The position numbers and the translations under genes are program-made. This document shows, one piece after another, positions 1 to 7,608 of a stretch of DNA of 64,000 bases; the stretch's first letter is position 1, and every line of letters begins with the position of its first letter. Under the pieces are notes generated by a model. It ran no database searches. It worked only from the letters and a program-made list of their open reading frames with translations, and had not been told where the DNA came from. The DNA lies in contig CP179888.1 in the NCBI GenBank assembly GCA_047456305.1, positions 116,421-180,420 of the forward strand. Reading direction: 5' to 3'. The DNA is from Candidatus Nealsonbacteria bacterium (lineage in GTDB: Bacteria > Patescibacteriota > Minisyncoccia > Minisyncoccales > CAZKCU01).

Positions 1-218
1 CCCAGCCCATAGGTTAATTCTTGACCAAATTGAAAAAGTCTGGCTCTTTTATCTAATTTTTTGAGGGCCTGGATATCAGTGTTGGCTACAACAAAACTCG
101 CCTTTTTAATCCTGGAGGCAATTTCTGAAACAATAAATCCACCTCCGCCGCCAATGCCAACTACCCTTATTTTCGTGGGAGGCACGAAATCAAGGTTCTG
201 CCGAGCGGAGCGAGGCAT
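1..218 (-). CDS. ftsZ: Cell division GTPase FtsZ, N-terminal part (gene continues beyond window start)
   Basis: Reverse-complement translation from ATG at 218: MPRSARQNLDFVPPTKIRVVGIGGGGGFIVSEIASRIKKASFVVANTDIQALKKL... Contains the tubulin/FtsZ GGGTG(S/N) glycine-rich nucleotide-binding signature (VVGIGGGGG). Open to window edge, not in ORF track because truncated. Confidence 0.8.
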   Translation of the reverse strand, partial: MPRSARQNLDFVPPTKIRVVGIGGGGGFIVSEIASRIKKASFVVANTDIQALKKLDKRARLFQFGQELTYGL

Positions 219-309
219 GGTTCTCATCTTGGTCTTATGGAGAGGCTCTTTGCTATAAACAGGAAGAGAACTGACTGACTTCTTTAATTTAATTTTTTTG
301 ACTGATGGC

Positions 310-452
310 GAAGAGTACTTCATCCGTCGAGTCGAAGACAAGACGAAAGAAGAAAAACTTTTCTTCGCACTCTTCTTCACCTTCCCGAGTCGCAACGAAG
401 GGCGGAGAAGAGATTTATCTCTTCGAGTCGCTTCCTTCGGAAGCTCGGTTTT
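310..452. repeat. Copy of modular palindromic repeat family (module cttcgcttccttcggaagctcggtt plus tccgtcgagtcg...cttcttcaccttc)
   Basis: Direct sequence matches to 23620-23755 (reverse orientation), 27531-27745, 26103-26262. The ORF-track ORF 298..546 is this repeat read as protein and is not a gene. Confidence 0.7.
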
Positions 453-717
453 TAAAGCCTTACTTTTTAATTTAATTCTTTTCCTCAATCGTCTCCCAAT
501 TTTACTTTTTTTAGATTGTTTTTTTCGAGCCATTAGTTTAGTTTAATCTGTTGAATATTTAAGGTCAATACCCTGTACTCATTGATATCCGACCTCAATT
601 AGAGATATATTAAACAATCAACTAACTTTCAGGGTAATTTAAAATTTCTCCCTTTTTTATTAGGTACAAATAACAATCCTATTCTTTAAATTAATTTTTA
701 GTTCTATCTGTTATTAT

Positions 718-1248
718 TTATTTGTATATAGTAACCCAAACTTTCTGCTGATGGGTTCCTTCCCCTTCCTCCAACCATATACTTACATTAATATCATCAT
801 ACTCTTTTCCTAAAACTTCCTTAGAAAAGTCATAACTATATTTATCAGCCCCGGCACTGGTAGAAGTTGTTTCATACCCTTTTTCTTCAAATAAATCTTT
901 TATTTTTCGAGCATCTTCTTCAGTAATTTTTCTTTTCACAATGTAACTAAGATCTTCCACCCACTTGTCTGAAGAGGCCTTTGTAAGTTTTACCCCTCCG
1001 AATGTCAAATCAAGAACTGCTTTAAAATCATTATGAAATGCAGCGTTAAGGTCTGAGGCAGGATTAACTTCTTTTGCAGAATTATATGGATTCTCCTCCT
1101 CTTCCTCTTCTTCTTCCTTCTCTTCTCCTACCGTCGGTGGGGGGGTCACTCCTTCTTCAACTCCTTTCTTGCCAGCCAGCCAAATCCAAATTCCAACCAC
1201 CAATATCAAAATCACTACTATAATAATTACTATGCTTTTTGTTTTCAT
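718..1248 (-). CDS. Hypothetical membrane-anchored protein (N-terminal TM helix, poly-Glu linker, extracytoplasmic domain)
   Basis: 176-aa ORF. Hydrophobic N-terminus IVIIIVVILILVVGIWIWLA followed by KKGVEEG and E-rich linker. N-terminal architecture paralogous to 1353..2024. Confidence 0.5.
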   Translation of the reverse strand: MKTKSIVIIIVVILILVVGIWIWLAGKKGVEEGVTPPPTVGEEKEEEEEEEENPYNSAKEVNPASDLNAAFHNDFKAVLDLTFGGVKLTKASSDKWVEDLSYIVKRKITEEDARKIKDLFEEKGYETTSTSAGADKYSYDFSKEVLGKEYDDINVSIWLEEGEGTHQQKVWVTIYK

Positions 1249-1352
1249 AGTATTATTTTTTTATTATTTTTTGCCCCGTAGTGAGCTTTTTACCCCGCAG
1301 TAAACTTTGTTCTACTAGCGGGGCGCTCTACTACTGGGGCTCGGCCTTTAAC

Positions 1353-2024
1353 TTATAGACCAAATGGCACTTCCATTATTTGAACACCGGCTGGCAATTC
1401 AAACATACTGTCGGAAATACTGCCAAAGTCTATATTCTTCAACTCTACTACCGATGTGCCTTTTTCCGTAGTCGTCTCCGTCCTTATGGGAAGACCATAT
1501 TTTGTCCATACCCACATCTTTACTTTTTCTGTTTCGGTGCTGTATTCAATAACCAAACAGCTCTTTCCGTCCAAAGTTTCGGTACCAAGGGTCACCGGGT
1601 TATATTTCGTAACGGACTCGGATTGTTCGCTCGGAGATTCTCCCGCTGTTTCCTGGGCTTCGCTTAAACCTATTTTCATAGCCGTGTTTTCTGACGGAAA
1701 ATACATATATGCCAGCTGTTCATCCGCATCTACTAAATAAATCATGCTCTTTCCCTCAAAAGCTCCTTCCATTCTCATCTTCCCTCCTTTCCGCCACATT
1801 TTTATTGTTTCTGCTGTCTCACCGGGAGCGGTTGCCACCATGTCGTACTTAAAAGAGCTTATACCTTTTGCCTTTCCTAAAATCTCAGTTAACGACAGCT
1901 CTTCTTCTGGAGTTACAGCTTCTTCGCCAGGTGGAACTTCAACTCCTTTCTTGACGTTCAGCAAAACCCAGACCCCAATTCCAATCAATGCTATTAGTAT
2001 TACAATTATTGCTATTTTTTTCAT
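1353..2024 (-). CDS. Hypothetical membrane-anchored protein, possibly LolA-like beta-sheet fold
   Basis: 223-aa ORF. N-terminal TM anchor (IAIIVILIALIGIGVWVLL) with the same KKGVEV..PEEE linker as the neighbouring gene. C-terminal beta-rich domain. Fold assignment is a guess from composition. Confidence 0.5.
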   Translation of the reverse strand: MKKIAIIVILIALIGIGVWVLLNVKKGVEVPPGEEAVTPEEELSLTEILGKAKGISSFKYDMVATAPGETAETIKMWRKGGKMRMEGAFEGKSMIYLVDADEQLAYMYFPSENTAMKIGLSEAQETAGESPSEQSESVTKYNPVTLGTETLDGKSCLVIEYSTETEKVKMWVWTKYGLPIRTETTTEKGTSVVELKNIDFGSISDSMFELPAGVQIMEVPFGL

Positions 2025-2058
2025 AGTATTAATTTATTATTATTTACTCGACCTTTTC

Positions 2059-2391
2059 TTAAAACTTAAATTTCTTGGCAAATTTCCCAATTATAGGAAG
2101 TGGAACTTGTTTACCACTCACAACATTTATTATCCCTATAATAGATAACACCAACCATATAATCCAGGCAATGAATCCAATAAACCATCCGATGATGGGA
2201 ATCCAGGCAATAAGAGAAGTAGCAATTTCAGCAATAAATAGAACTAAGCCCTGTTTTGCGTGAAACTGGGCAAAAGCATCATCCTTACAGGCAAGCAAGG
2301 GAATTAAAAAAAGAATTCCAATATAACTAAGAATTGCTATTAAATTTTTCTCCTTCTCTTTTTTTTCTTCTTTTTGAGTAACTTCTTCCAT
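2059..2391 (-). CDS. Small multi-TM membrane protein, DUF4870-like
   Basis: 110 aa. Motif LIAILSYIGILFLIPLL...DAFAQFHAKQGLVLFI resembles DUF4870-family small membrane proteins, recalled from memory. Confidence 0.45.
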   Translation of the reverse strand: MEEVTQKEEKKEKEKNLIAILSYIGILFLIPLLACKDDAFAQFHAKQGLVLFIAEIATSLIAWIPIIGWFIGFIAWIIWLVLSIIGIINVVSGKQVPLPIIGKFAKKFKF

Positions 2392-2707
2392 AAATTTAAA
2401 ATAAATGATTCGACAGGCTCACTATCCTGAGTCTATCGAAAGATTAATGTTAATTAAAAACCTCTCGACCTTTAATTTAATGATTAAAACTATTTTTTAA
2501 TTATAACTTATCTTCCGCAAAACAAAAGTCCGACAACAACTCTCGGGCGAAAAAGCGTCGTTCCGAGGGTGAGACGCAATCAGAACTTGGTCTTAGAAGA
2601 GATTGCCGAGTTTTGAATCAATTAAATTAGCAATTTTAAATTTAGAAAATAAGTAAAAGAGTTTACCAACAGCCTTTTCTCTCGGCTAGCTAATAAATAT
2701 TAAACGA

Positions 2708-3088
2708 TTAGTCTATTACCCCCATACATCTCCAGTTTATTGATGCCTCTTTTGTTTCCACGTTAATGACACAGGCAGGATTACAACCTTCTTTCTCGAT
2801 GTCTAAATCAATCCACCAAGTGCCAGTATCTTCGTTGCACATGTAATTTTCTTTGAGCCTATCACCACATTCACTATTTATAGCAATTTGTTCAGCTTCT
2901 ATTAAACTTAACTTCTCACCTGTTTCTGTTTTAATACAAAATTCTTCTGCAGTTTCTTCCTTAGGTATTAATATTGATTGATAAATCCAATAACCTACTA
3001 CTGCAACAATTATTATAATAATGATTGCAATTATTGTTTTGGACACATTATTTTTTTTATTAAAATTATGTTTATTATGACCTTTCAC
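2708..3088 (-). CDS. Small membrane-anchored Cys-containing protein; C-terminal module paralogous to 8662..9522
   Basis: 126 aa with TM anchor. C-terminal ~65 aa (SLIEAEQIAINSECGD...TGTWWIDLDIEKEGCNPACVINVETKEASINWRCMGVID) about 85 percent identical at the DNA level to the 3' end of 8662..9522, including ~100 bp of 3' flank. Confidence 0.55.
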   Translation of the reverse strand: MKGHNKHNFNKKNNVSKTIIAIIIIIIVAVVGYWIYQSILIPKEETAEEFCIKTETGEKLSLIEAEQIAINSECGDRLKENYMCNEDTGTWWIDLDIEKEGCNPACVINVETKEASINWRCMGVID

Positions 3089-3162
3089 AAAATTATAGCA
3101 TAAGCCAAAACCTGAGACTACACCCCCCCCGCCTATGCAACAATATTAGAATTTGGTTTAGC

Positions 3163-3384
3163 TTAAAGTTCTTCTTTTTGAAATTTCTCTTCCTGGATTT
3201 CATCTAATTTTCTGATAATCCTTGTCAGCTCGGCAAAATGTTCTTTTTCGTCATCTCTAATATGACCTAAAATCTTTTTAACTTCTTCATTATCAGTTTC
3301 ATCTATATGTTCCTGGTATTGATTGATAGCTCCCAGTTCTCCTATTAAATCTTCTCTTAAATTCTTTAAAGTTTTGTTATCCAT
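3163..3384 (-). CDS. Small ferritin-like/four-helix-bundle protein (tentative)
   Basis: 73 aa, E/H-rich helical sequence (QYQEHIDETDNEEVKKILGHIRDDEKEHFAEL). Resemblance to ferritin-like diiron motifs is weak. Confidence 0.35.
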   Translation of the reverse strand: MDNKTLKNLREDLIGELGAINQYQEHIDETDNEEVKKILGHIRDDEKEHFAELTRIIRKLDEIQEEKFQKEEL

Positions 3385-3539
3385 ATTTTCAAAATATTAT
3401 TTACTTATGTTTGACCTTGATGCATTTATTCTACCAAAAAACCGTCTCCTTGGCGAGGCGGCGACAAAAAATCGTCATTCCCGAATCTGAAATCAAAAAA
3501 AACGGCCAAGATTAAAATTAAGGGCAAATTTTGTCAAAA

Positions 3540-3827
3540 TTAAGTTTTCCCAAATAATTTTCGCAGTTCAACTTTCGTCTGTTCCAAAATTTGCTTTCTT
3601 TTGGGTCTTAAATTTTTGCCAGCGCGATTGATGTAAAAATCAAGCATTGACATTGCCGATTGAAACGGCATTCCTTTCCGGCGTGAACTTTCCTCGGCTG
3701 ATTTTTTAAGCGACCTGGCGATTTTCCGCGGGTCGTCCCAGGTAAAAACGCCTTCTTCCAAATCCAAGGCAAAACTATGTTTGGTTACGTAATCTGACCA
3801 ATATTTATTTTTAGATTTTTTAAACAT
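3540..3827 (-). CDS. DUF3175-like hypothetical protein
   Basis: 95 aa. Motif WDDPRKIARSLKKSAEESSRRKGMPFQSAMSMLDFYINRAGKNL matches my recollection of the DUF3175 family. Confidence 0.45.
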   Translation of the reverse strand: MFKKSKNKYWSDYVTKHSFALDLEEGVFTWDDPRKIARSLKKSAEESSRRKGMPFQSAMSMLDFYINRAGKNLRPKRKQILEQTKVELRKLFGKT

Positions 3828-3892
3828 CGGGTGAAAAAGTCAATATATGGGGCTTGAAGTGGCTCGCTTTGGCGGACAGTTTTAGAACCTAT

Positions 3893-4513
3893 CTACAGTA
3901 GACCTAGTTTAGTTAAATCTTCTCTTAATTGTTCCGGACTCTGAAAATGAATTCCGTACATTCCTAACTCCTTTGCTGTTTCAATATTGACAAGTTTATC
4001 ATCTACAAAAACACAGGCTTTGGCTGGAAGATCTAGTTTCTTAAGCATAACCTCATAAATTTTGGGGTCAGGTTTCCTAAGACCTTCTTTACAAGACCAA
4101 ACAAAAACCTCAAATCCTATATCTCTAAGTCTTTTAAATCTTCCCATCTCTTTATTAGCTAAAACATGAACATCAATTATGTTTGATAAAAGAGCTAAAC
4201 GAACTCCTTTCGCTTTTAATTCGCTAAGAATTTCCCACGATTCTTTTATGTCTTTAGACCATTTCTTATAGGTCTTGGACCAAAAATCTTTGGTAAACTC
4301 TTCAGATAACTTTACCCTGGCTTCGACTTCAAATTTTCTCCAAAAGCCCTCCTCATCAATTTTACTTGCAGACCATTTTCTATAAAGAGGATCTACAGTG
4401 TTTTTTACTTTCTCTTTAGTAATTTTTAATTCGTTAGCAATTTTTGCATATATCAAAGGCCATTCATTTGTGGCTAACACTGAACCTAAATCAAAAATTA
4501 CTGCTTTAATCAT
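3893..4513 (-). CDS. HAD-superfamily hydrolase
   Basis: 206 aa. N-terminal DxD-type motif IKAVIFDLGSVL and C-terminal VFVDD motif typical of haloacid dehalogenase-like phosphatases. Confidence 0.75.
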   Translation of the reverse strand: MIKAVIFDLGSVLATNEWPLIYAKIANELKITKEKVKNTVDPLYRKWSASKIDEEGFWRKFEVEARVKLSEEFTKDFWSKTYKKWSKDIKESWEILSELKAKGVRLALLSNIIDVHVLANKEMGRFKRLRDIGFEVFVWSCKEGLRKPDPKIYEVMLKKLDLPAKACVFVDDKLVNIETAKELGMYGIHFQSPEQLREDLTKLGLL

Positions 4514-4579
4514 ATTAATTTATTTTACATAAAAACCGCCATCTTGGCGAGAAATTATTTGTAACGTTTTTAATTAGGA

Positions 4580-4618
4580 TAAAAATTATCCAGCCCCGCA
4601 CCGTACGGTGCGGGGCCA
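4580..4618 (-). terminator. GC-rich perfect hairpin (ccccgcaccg-ta-cggtgcgggg) followed by T-run on minus strand, 3' of the AbiE-like pair
   Basis: Seen directly at 4595-4616. On the minus strand it is followed by aTTTTTat. Lies ~35 nt past the stop of 4656..5291. Confidence 0.55.
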
Positions 4619-4655
4619 GAGCGATGGGCGTTTTGGTTTTTATTTCTCTGTAAGA

Positions 4656-5291
4656 TTACAATATCTCTTTTTTATACTTCTCTATTTCTTTTGCTAAAAA
4701 TTTTTGGATTTCTTTTGAAGAATGTTTTTTCTCAATAAACTCTATCGTAAAATCCTTTAGGTCTCCATAATAGATAAGTTGGGACAAAAATAGTTTTTCA
4801 GAAAAAGAATCGCCGAACTTCTTTTGGGCTCCTTTAATAATGTTTTCCAGAGGAAAACCATTTTTTATTGCGAAGTAAAGATCAACGTAATCTCGCCACT
4901 CCCCTCTCCTTCCAATGGTGTGAGATTTGTCTAAAGCAATGTCTTTCCAAGAAAAAAATCTCAAATAAGGGGTGGGAATTGTTTTGTAAAGAGGAGAAAA
5001 TGGATAATAAATAAAACTTATTTTCACGCCGTGGGGGGCGGAAACAAAACTAAACTCATCCCCAGTATCTACTATGATTTCAATTCGTTCAAAATATTGT
5101 TTTACTTTGTAGAGAAATTTTTTAGAAACCAATTTGGGTAAAAATATATCCAAATCGTATGAGTATCTGTGAGAAAACTGCAGCATTAAAGCTGTTCCGC
5201 CTCCTATGCTTCCATATTTTGAAAAATTCTTTAAAATTTCAAGAACCTCTATCTGTTCTTTATTTAAAAGCTCGTAATGGAGTTTTAACAT
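4656..5291 (-). CDS. AbiEii-like nucleotidyltransferase (type IV toxin-antitoxin toxin family, DUF1814-like)
   Basis: 211 aa. Motif GSIGGGTALMLQFSHRYSYDLDIF matches the GGTAL..hR.S.D.D nucleotidyltransferase core of AbiEii/AbiGii toxins. Confidence 0.55.
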   Translation of the reverse strand: MLKLHYELLNKEQIEVLEILKNFSKYGSIGGGTALMLQFSHRYSYDLDIFLPKLVSKKFLYKVKQYFERIEIIVDTGDEFSFVSAPHGVKISFIYYPFSPLYKTIPTPYLRFFSWKDIALDKSHTIGRRGEWRDYVDLYFAIKNGFPLENIIKGAQKKFGDSFSEKLFLSQLIYYGDLKDFTIEFIEKKHSSKEIQKFLAKEIEKYKKEIL

Positions 5292-5685
5292 AATTTTCTG
5301 GAGATAATTTTTTGTTTTTGAGACCTAATATGAAATTTTTAATAAAATAAAATACTGGAGCACTATAAATCCTTTTGGGATATTTCAGAAATACTTCTTT
5401 AATTTCTTTTAGTCCATAAACTTTAAACAGCCATTTTATTTGTCTGAGATTTCCGTAACTTAAAATCTGATGGACGATATAAACTTTATCTTTTTCTAAT
5501 GTCAACTTTTTAATATTTTTGGACCATAAAATCCCCTGAAGAGAACTAAAAGTTTTCATTCTCGCCTTAGAAGATGTTTTATTCATGTACTTTAATTTTA
5601 GCACAAAAAACCTTTTATTTCCAATAAAAATTTGCCCTCTGATGGGCTTTTTATGTTTGATACGAATAAAAATAAAAAGGGACAA
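5260..5685 (-). CDS. Small protein translationally coupled upstream of the AbiEii-like gene; putative cognate antitoxin/partner (start may be the internal ATG at 5586)
   Basis: Its stop overlaps the downstream start by 32 nt. No recognisable HTH, so the partner role is inferred from context only. Confidence 0.35.
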   Translation of the reverse strand: MSLFIFIRIKHKKPIRGQIFIGNKRFFVLKLKYMNKTSSKARMKTFSSLQGILWSKNIKKLTLEKDKVYIVHQILSYGNLRQIKWLFKVYGLKEIKEVFLKYPKRIYSAPVFYFIKNFILGLKNKKLSPENYVKTPLRAFK

Positions 5686-5918
5686 TTAAAAATAAAAAAT
5701 CCCTACGCCAAAAATTAATTGAATGAGAATGAAAAATAATAACAAAGCGTATTTTTAACAAAATTTCCAGTCAAGGAAGAAGAAAAAAAATTAAAAGAAA
5801 AATTATGGAGGCTGTTAATTTGCCCCAAGTGGGTTTTAAAAACTCTGATATACTGATTTGTTTTTTAAGTAAGTTCATTTTTTATTTTTTAAAATTTCTC
5901 TCAACTTCGGGTTAAATT

Positions 5919-6245
5919 TTAACGAATTTTAGTTCTGGGCGGAATTTCTTTATCTGGCCTCAAAAGCACGGCCTCCCCATTAACATCTGCTGCTAAAAGC
6001 ATGCCCTGGCTTTCCAATCCCATTAGAGTCTTTGGCTCCAGGTTGGCAACAACAACTATCTCTCTTCCGATTAAATCTTTTGGCTGATAAAATTCACTAA
6101 CACCAGTAATAATTTGCCTTTTCTCCTTACCTAAATCTAGCTCTAATTTCAAAAGTTTCTCAGAACCTTTTATTTTCTCAGCAGAAATTACTTTTGCTAT
6201 TCTTAAATCAATTTTTTGAAATTCCTCAAAATTAATATTTTTCAT
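5919..6245 (-). CDS. tRNA-binding protein (CsaA/Trbp111/EMAP-like OB-fold domain)
   Basis: 108 aa. KIDLRIAKVISAEKIKGSEKLLKLELDLG...GREIVVVANLEPKTLMGLESQGMLLAA is the canonical MetRS C-terminal-like tRNA-binding domain. Confidence 0.8.
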   Translation of the reverse strand: MKNINFEEFQKIDLRIAKVISAEKIKGSEKLLKLELDLGKEKRQIITGVSEFYQPKDLIGREIVVVANLEPKTLMGLESQGMLLAADVNGEAVLLRPDKEIPPRTKIR

Positions 6246-6250
6246 ATATT

Positions 6251-6300
6251 CATTCTACCAAAAAACCGCCTTTATGGCGATTTTTAATGCGGCTCGGTCC
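6251..6300 (-). promoter_or_regulatory. Conserved gene-proximal upstream motif, one of four copies (minus-strand sense: tcgccaNNNNggcggTTTTTTGGTAGAAT ... ATG)
   Basis: Copies at 3426-3458, 4526-4552, 6251-6300 and 10573-10635, each immediately 5' of a minus-strand start codon. Contains a short GC hairpin + T-run + TANAAT box. Could be promoter, upstream terminator or both. Confidence 0.4.
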
Positions 6301-6436
6301 TCCTTCATTAAAATTACGGATGGATAAATCGGGACTGTTTTAAAACTATAACAACAGTCAAAAATATCTAAAATTAGCGGCGATAAATTTCAAGCAGAAA
6401 TGAAAAAATCCCCATAAGGGGATTTTTTCAACTTTC

Positions 6437-6757
6437 TTACCAGCGATCTCTTCGGTTTCCTCCGAACCCTCGATTTCCGCGATTAAATCCATCTCTTCGA
6501 GGACGAGACTCTAAAGGTTTAGCTTCGTTTACTGTAACGTTTTTCCCGTCAATCTCTTTACCATTGAACATCTCAATGGCTTTTTGAGCTTCTTCTTCAG
6601 AAGACATTTCAACAAAACCAAATCCCTTTGAACGGCCGGACATTCTATCGGTAATCACAGTTGCCGATTCAACAGTTCCAGCCTGAGAAAAAGTCTCTTT
6701 TAAAGTCGCTTCGGTGGTCTCGTAAGATAATCCACCGACAAACAATTTTTTTGCCAT
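6437..6757 (-). CDS. RRM-type RNA-binding protein with C-terminal RGG/Gly-Arg tail
   Basis: RNP-2 LFVGGL and RNP-1 KGFGFVEM motifs. C-terminal RRDGFNRGNRGFGGNRRDRW. Confidence 0.85.
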   Translation of the reverse strand: MAKKLFVGGLSYETTEATLKETFSQAGTVESATVITDRMSGRSKGFGFVEMSSEEEAQKAIEMFNGKEIDGKNVTVNEAKPLESRPRRDGFNRGNRGFGGNRRDRW

Positions 6758-6849
6758 AATGCGAGCGAAGTAAAAATTATCTCTAGAATTACAATTTGTA
6801 GTAAAAAAATATCCCTAGAGGTATAATCGTTCCTTACGCTATTTATAGG

Positions 6850-7030
6850 CGAAGAGGATAAAATCCTCTTCTTCATCTTCGCTTCCATAAATGGAAGCTC
6901 GATTAATGAGTAAGCCGACCACTGTTTTTATTCTCTTTCAAAGCTTACATAATTAATAGAATTGAAGAAGAGGATAAAATCCTCTTCTTCATCTTCGTCT
7001 TCATAAATGAAGACTCGATACGTAAGGAAA
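6850..7030. repeat. Two tandem ~65-bp double-hairpin palindromic elements
   Basis: Copy 1 at 6850-6912 and copy 2 at 6963-7030. Hairpin 1 is gaagaggat-aaaa-tcctcttc. Hairpin 2 is gcttccat-aaa-tggaagc in copy 1 and gtcttcat-aaa-tgaagac in copy 2, which is a compensatory change. Confidence 0.75.
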
Positions 7031-7115
7031 GGAAAATTAACAGAAACTTACCTTATTACAATAGCTTACTGTCGACAAAAAGTCAAGGGTTAATTCAAGA
7101 ATATATATTTATCCT

Positions 7116-7406
7116 TTAGCGAATCAAGGTTCTCGAGCGAAGCGAGAGGTTCTTACTTCTTCCCTTCTTAATTTTTTCTTTTTCTCCTGATGGTAAAGAA
7201 GTAAGCCATGAAATAAATGGCCTCCGGAGTTTATCTATAGACCAGTCATCATTTTTAAAGAGTGATGCCTTATCTATTCTAAAACGAGAAAGTAAAGCTA
7301 TTGTAGCTTGCAGATTTAAAGGAGATAATCTGTTATGTTCTGATAAAAATTGTTCTTTTGTAGTCATTTTAAAATAAAAAGCAACTCTTAATCGCATGAG
7401 TTGCAA
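7116..7406 (-). CDS. Hypothetical protein (likely start at internal Met14)
   Basis: ORF only, no recognisable motif. Confidence 0.3.
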   Translation of the reverse strand: MQLMRLRVAFYFKMTTKEQFLSEHNRLSPLNLQATIALLSRFRIDKASLFKNDDWSIDKLRRPFISWLTSLPSGEKEKIKKGRSKNLSLRSRTLIR

Positions 7407-7608
7407 ATAGCATTATTTATTATCCATCCGGAATAACGAATATACCTATTTGTGATCCAGGCTCTCAACTGGTTCTATCTTACATTAATTCTTTCAAAAA
7501 ATCAAGCTCTTGTCAAAAACCGTGTATTAGAACTAACAGCATTTCTTTTAAGTTTATTTTTTATTTTAATATTATGGTAGAATAAACATAATTAAAATAT
7601 ATTTAAAA

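Noticed and set aside
298-546. 82-aa plus-strand ORF
   Set aside because: It is a translation of the palindromic repeat element upstream of ftsZ. It has no codon-usage or motif support, and the same DNA occurs in non-coding contexts elsewhere.
2700-2900. Possible diversity-generating retroelement (template/variable repeat pair) formed by the two near-identical C-terminal modules at 2708-2900 and 8662-8860
   Set aside because: Substitutions between the copies are of all types (transitions and transversions at A, C, G and T), not adenine-specific, and no reverse transcriptase gene is present in the window. Ordinary paralog divergence is the better explanation.
6700-6888. 62-aa minus-strand ORF overlapping the start of the RRM gene
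   Set aside because: It overlaps a well-supported gene and extends into the palindromic repeat, with no motif support.
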